Part shown: positions 60,571 through 64,000 of the stretch, in pieces | Position numbering within the stretch: the stretch's first letter is position 1 | Layout of the letters: each line of letters starts with the position of its first letter | Assembly (NCBI GenBank): GCA_001464065.1 | Contig: LNDN01000011.1 | Coordinates: 2,231-66,230 of the forward strand | DNA from: Acidobacteria bacterium Ga0077522 | GTDB lineage: Bacteria > Acidobacteriota > Vicinamibacteria > Vicinamibacterales > Vicinamibacteraceae | DNA length: 64,000 bases | Direction of reading: 5' to 3' | Notes under the pieces: model-generated | What the model saw: the letters and a program-made list of their open reading frames with translations, nothing else | The model's database searches: none | Told to the model about the DNA's origin: nothing | Made by a program: the position numbers and the translations under genes

Positions 60571-61842
60571 ATGCTCACGCGCCGTGCCTTTGCCACGTCC
60601 ACCCTCGCCGGCCTGATCGGCGCTGCCGGTCTGCGGGCCCAGCCCGACGACGCCAACTACGACGAAGCGAAGGTGCCGGCCTACACGTTGCCGCCACTGC
60701 TGCACCTGGCCGATGGCCGGGTGGTGACCGATCGTGCAGGGTGGGTGGCGAGGCGCGCCGAGCTGCTCGATCTGTTCGCCCGCCACATGTACGGTCGCAC
60801 GCCGGCCGGGTTGCCCGACGGTGCGGTGGTGCCGGTGGACACGCCGGTGCCGGTGCTCGGTGGGCGGGCGTTGCGACAGCAGTGCCGTCTGGACTGGCAG
60901 GGACGCGCGTCGATGGACGTCCTGGTGTACCGGCCCGCGCACGGCCGGCCCGTCCCTGTCTTCATCGGACTGAACTACTTCGGCAACCACGCCGTCGATC
61001 CGGACCCCGCCATCCGGCTCTCGACCCGCTGGATGCGGACCAACGACGCCAACGGCGTCGTGAACCATCGTGCGACCGAGCGCGCCCGCGGCACCATGGC
61101 GCGGCGCTGGCCGGTGGATCTGATCATCGAGCAGGACTGCGCCGTCATGACCGCCTACTACGGCGATCTGGCCCCCGACGACCCGTCCGTGGTGCGGCAG
61201 GGGATGGCACCGCTGGCCGACGGACTCGAGGGCGACATCCCGACGGCCGAGCGGTGGGGCACCATCGGGATGTGGGCGTGGGGGCTGTCGCAGATGCGTC
61301 GGGCCGTGGCGACCATGCCCGGGCTCGACGCGCGGCGCGCGATCGTGATCGGGCACAGTCGGCTCGGCAAGGCCGCGCTCTGGGCCGGTGCGCAGGATGA
61401 GGCGTTCGCCATGGTGGTCTCGAACGACTCGGGCTGCGCCGGCGCGGCGCTGAGTCGCCGTGCCTATGGCGAGACGATCGGCCGCATCACGCGGTCGTTC
61501 CCGCACTGGTTCTGCCCGACGCTGGCGTCCTGGGCGGGACGCGAAGCGGCGATGCCGATCGACCAGCACCAGTTGCTGGCCCTGGTGGCGCCGCGCGTCC
61601 TGCACGTCGGCAGCGCTGTCGAGGACCGCTGGGCTGACCCGAAGGGCGAGTTCCTGGCCACGCTGGCCGCCGACGAGGCGTGGCGGTTGCTGCGGCAGCG
61701 CGGACTGGGCGGGACGGCCATGCCGGCGGTGGAGCAGTCGGTCGGGGACCGGGTCCGCTACCACCTACGCACGGGGGGGCACGACATCACCCGCGACGAC
61801 TGGGCGCAGTACCTCGCCACGGCGAAGGCGCAGCTCTCCTGA
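60571..61842 (+). CDS. Alpha/beta hydrolase, glucuronoyl esterase (CE15)-like, Tat signal
   Basis: 423 aa; MLTRRAFATSTLAGLIGAAG twin-Arg leader; nucleophile motif GHSRLGKAALWAG resembling CE15 GCSRxGK. Confidence 0.7.
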   Translation: MLTRRAFATSTLAGLIGAAGLRAQPDDANYDEAKVPAYTLPPLLHLADGRVVTDRAGWVARRAELLDLFARHMYGRTPAGLPDGAVVPVDTPVPVLGGRALRQQCRLDWQGRASMDVLVYRPAHGRPVPVFIGLNYFGNHAVDPDPAIRLSTRWMRTNDANGVVNHRATERARGTMARRWPVDLIIEQDCAVMTAYYGDLAPDDPSVVRQGMAPLADGLEGDIPTAERWGTIGMWAWGLSQMRRAVATMPGLDARRAIVIGHSRLGKAALWAGAQDEAFAMVVSNDSGCAGAALSRRAYGETIGRITRSFPHWFCPTLASWAGREAAMPIDQHQLLALVAPRVLHVGSAVEDRWADPKGEFLATLAADEAWRLLRQRGLGGTAMPAVEQSVGDRVRYHLRTGGHDITRDDWAQYLATAKAQLS

Positions 61843-61851
61843 GGGCGCGCC

Positions 61852-62220
61852 TCACCTGACGATCAGCTCGCCGCGCATCTCCTCGCACCCGGCGTCGGCG
61901 CGCATGCTGCAGTAGAACGGAAAGCGGCCGACCTCGTCGGCGCGGAACTCGAACGTCACCGTGCCGCCCGGCGGCACGCGCTTCTGGATGCGATAGGCAT
62001 CCACCGTGAAGCTGTGGGCGATGTCGGTCGACGTGATGGTGACGCGGACGATGTCGTTGCGCCGGACGTCGATGACCTCGGGATCGAAGGCGAAGCGACG
62101 CGCCGTCAGGGCGACGGCCCGTCGGCCGGCCGGTTCCGGTTCGGGCTGAGTGCCCAGCGGCAGGAGGACGGCGGCCGACCAGCGCTGGAGCCATCGGCGG
62201 CGGGTGAGTGGTGGACGCAT
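61852..62220 (-). CDS. Small cupredoxin-fold protein, Tat-type leader
   Basis: 122 aa; TRRRWL leader; H...C...M ligand-like pattern (DIAHSF...FYCSMRADAGCEEM). Confidence 0.65.
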   Translation of the reverse strand: MRPPLTRRRWLQRWSAAVLLPLGTQPEPEPAGRRAVALTARRFAFDPEVIDVRRNDIVRVTITSTDIAHSFTVDAYRIQKRVPPGGTVTFEFRADEVGRFPFYCSMRADAGCEEMRGELIVR

Positions 62221-62227
62221 GGCTGGA

Positions 62228-62275
62228 GTCAGGAATACAACAGAACGGGCGCGACCGTCGCTGGCCGCGCCCTGT
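62228..62275 (-). terminator. Candidate terminator after pnp
   Basis: GGGCGCG / CGCGCCC stem (62247-62253 and 62266-62272), followed on the - strand by GTTCTGTTGTATT. Confidence 0.4.
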
Positions 62276-62325
62276 TCCCGAACGACTGCCGGCCTGTTTC
62301 TGGCGCCGGCCCGGTCTCTCGCGGC

Positions 62326-64000
<1,675 letters not shown>

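Overview
Very GC-rich bacterial chromosome segment (composition judged by eye, not computed). The gene content hints at an Acidobacteriota-like lineage: many FtsX/MacB-type permeases and a Myxococcus-style pil locus. That lineage call is inference only. The window has four blocks. (1) 1-13.8 kb, + strand: the S10/spc/alpha ribosomal super-operon from rplB to rplQ, including secY, adk, map, infA, rpmJ and rpoA. (2) 14-24.2 kb, mostly - strand: a Yip1-like protein, an HlyD-type adaptor and three FtsX/MacB-type permeases with no ATPase gene, followed by a divergent EF-G paralog and a secreted PHP phosphoesterase. (3) 24.3-43.5 kb, + strand: a type IV pilus locus. It runs OM beta-barrel, pilB, pilT, pilC, pilS, pilR, two pilins each behind a sigma-54 -24/-12 element, a VKOR-DsbA fusion, a pilH/pilI-like ABC pair, a TPR-like protein, pilD, a small PAS protein, three minor-pilin-like genes and a secreted coiled-coil protein. 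(4) 43.5-64 kb: housekeeping genes, namely a sigma-54 response regulator, aroB, nadB, proS, a HEAT-repeat protein, an OmpA-family porin, tatA/tatC, an S41 protease, smc, an M48 protease, a CE15-like esterase, a cupredoxin and the 3' part of pnp. I saw no tRNA, rRNA, CRISPR array, transposase or integrase. The most unusual signals are non-coding or gene-integrity oddities. (a) Tandem heptanucleotide arrays start within 1-14 nt of stop codons in at least nine intergenic spacers. (b) A roughly 170-bp polypyrimidine tract built from three 39-46 bp direct repeats lies between pilR and the sigma-54 pilA promoter. (c) adk has an interrupted reading frame and rpsD has an in-frame loss of a conserved S4-domain helix. 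(d) One permease has no canonical start codon; an ATC behind a GGAGG aligns with the ATG of its upstream paralog. (e) The EF-G paralog lacks the catalytic switch-II histidine. No database search or folding calculation was possible. Family calls rest on motif recognition, and start codons are best guesses.
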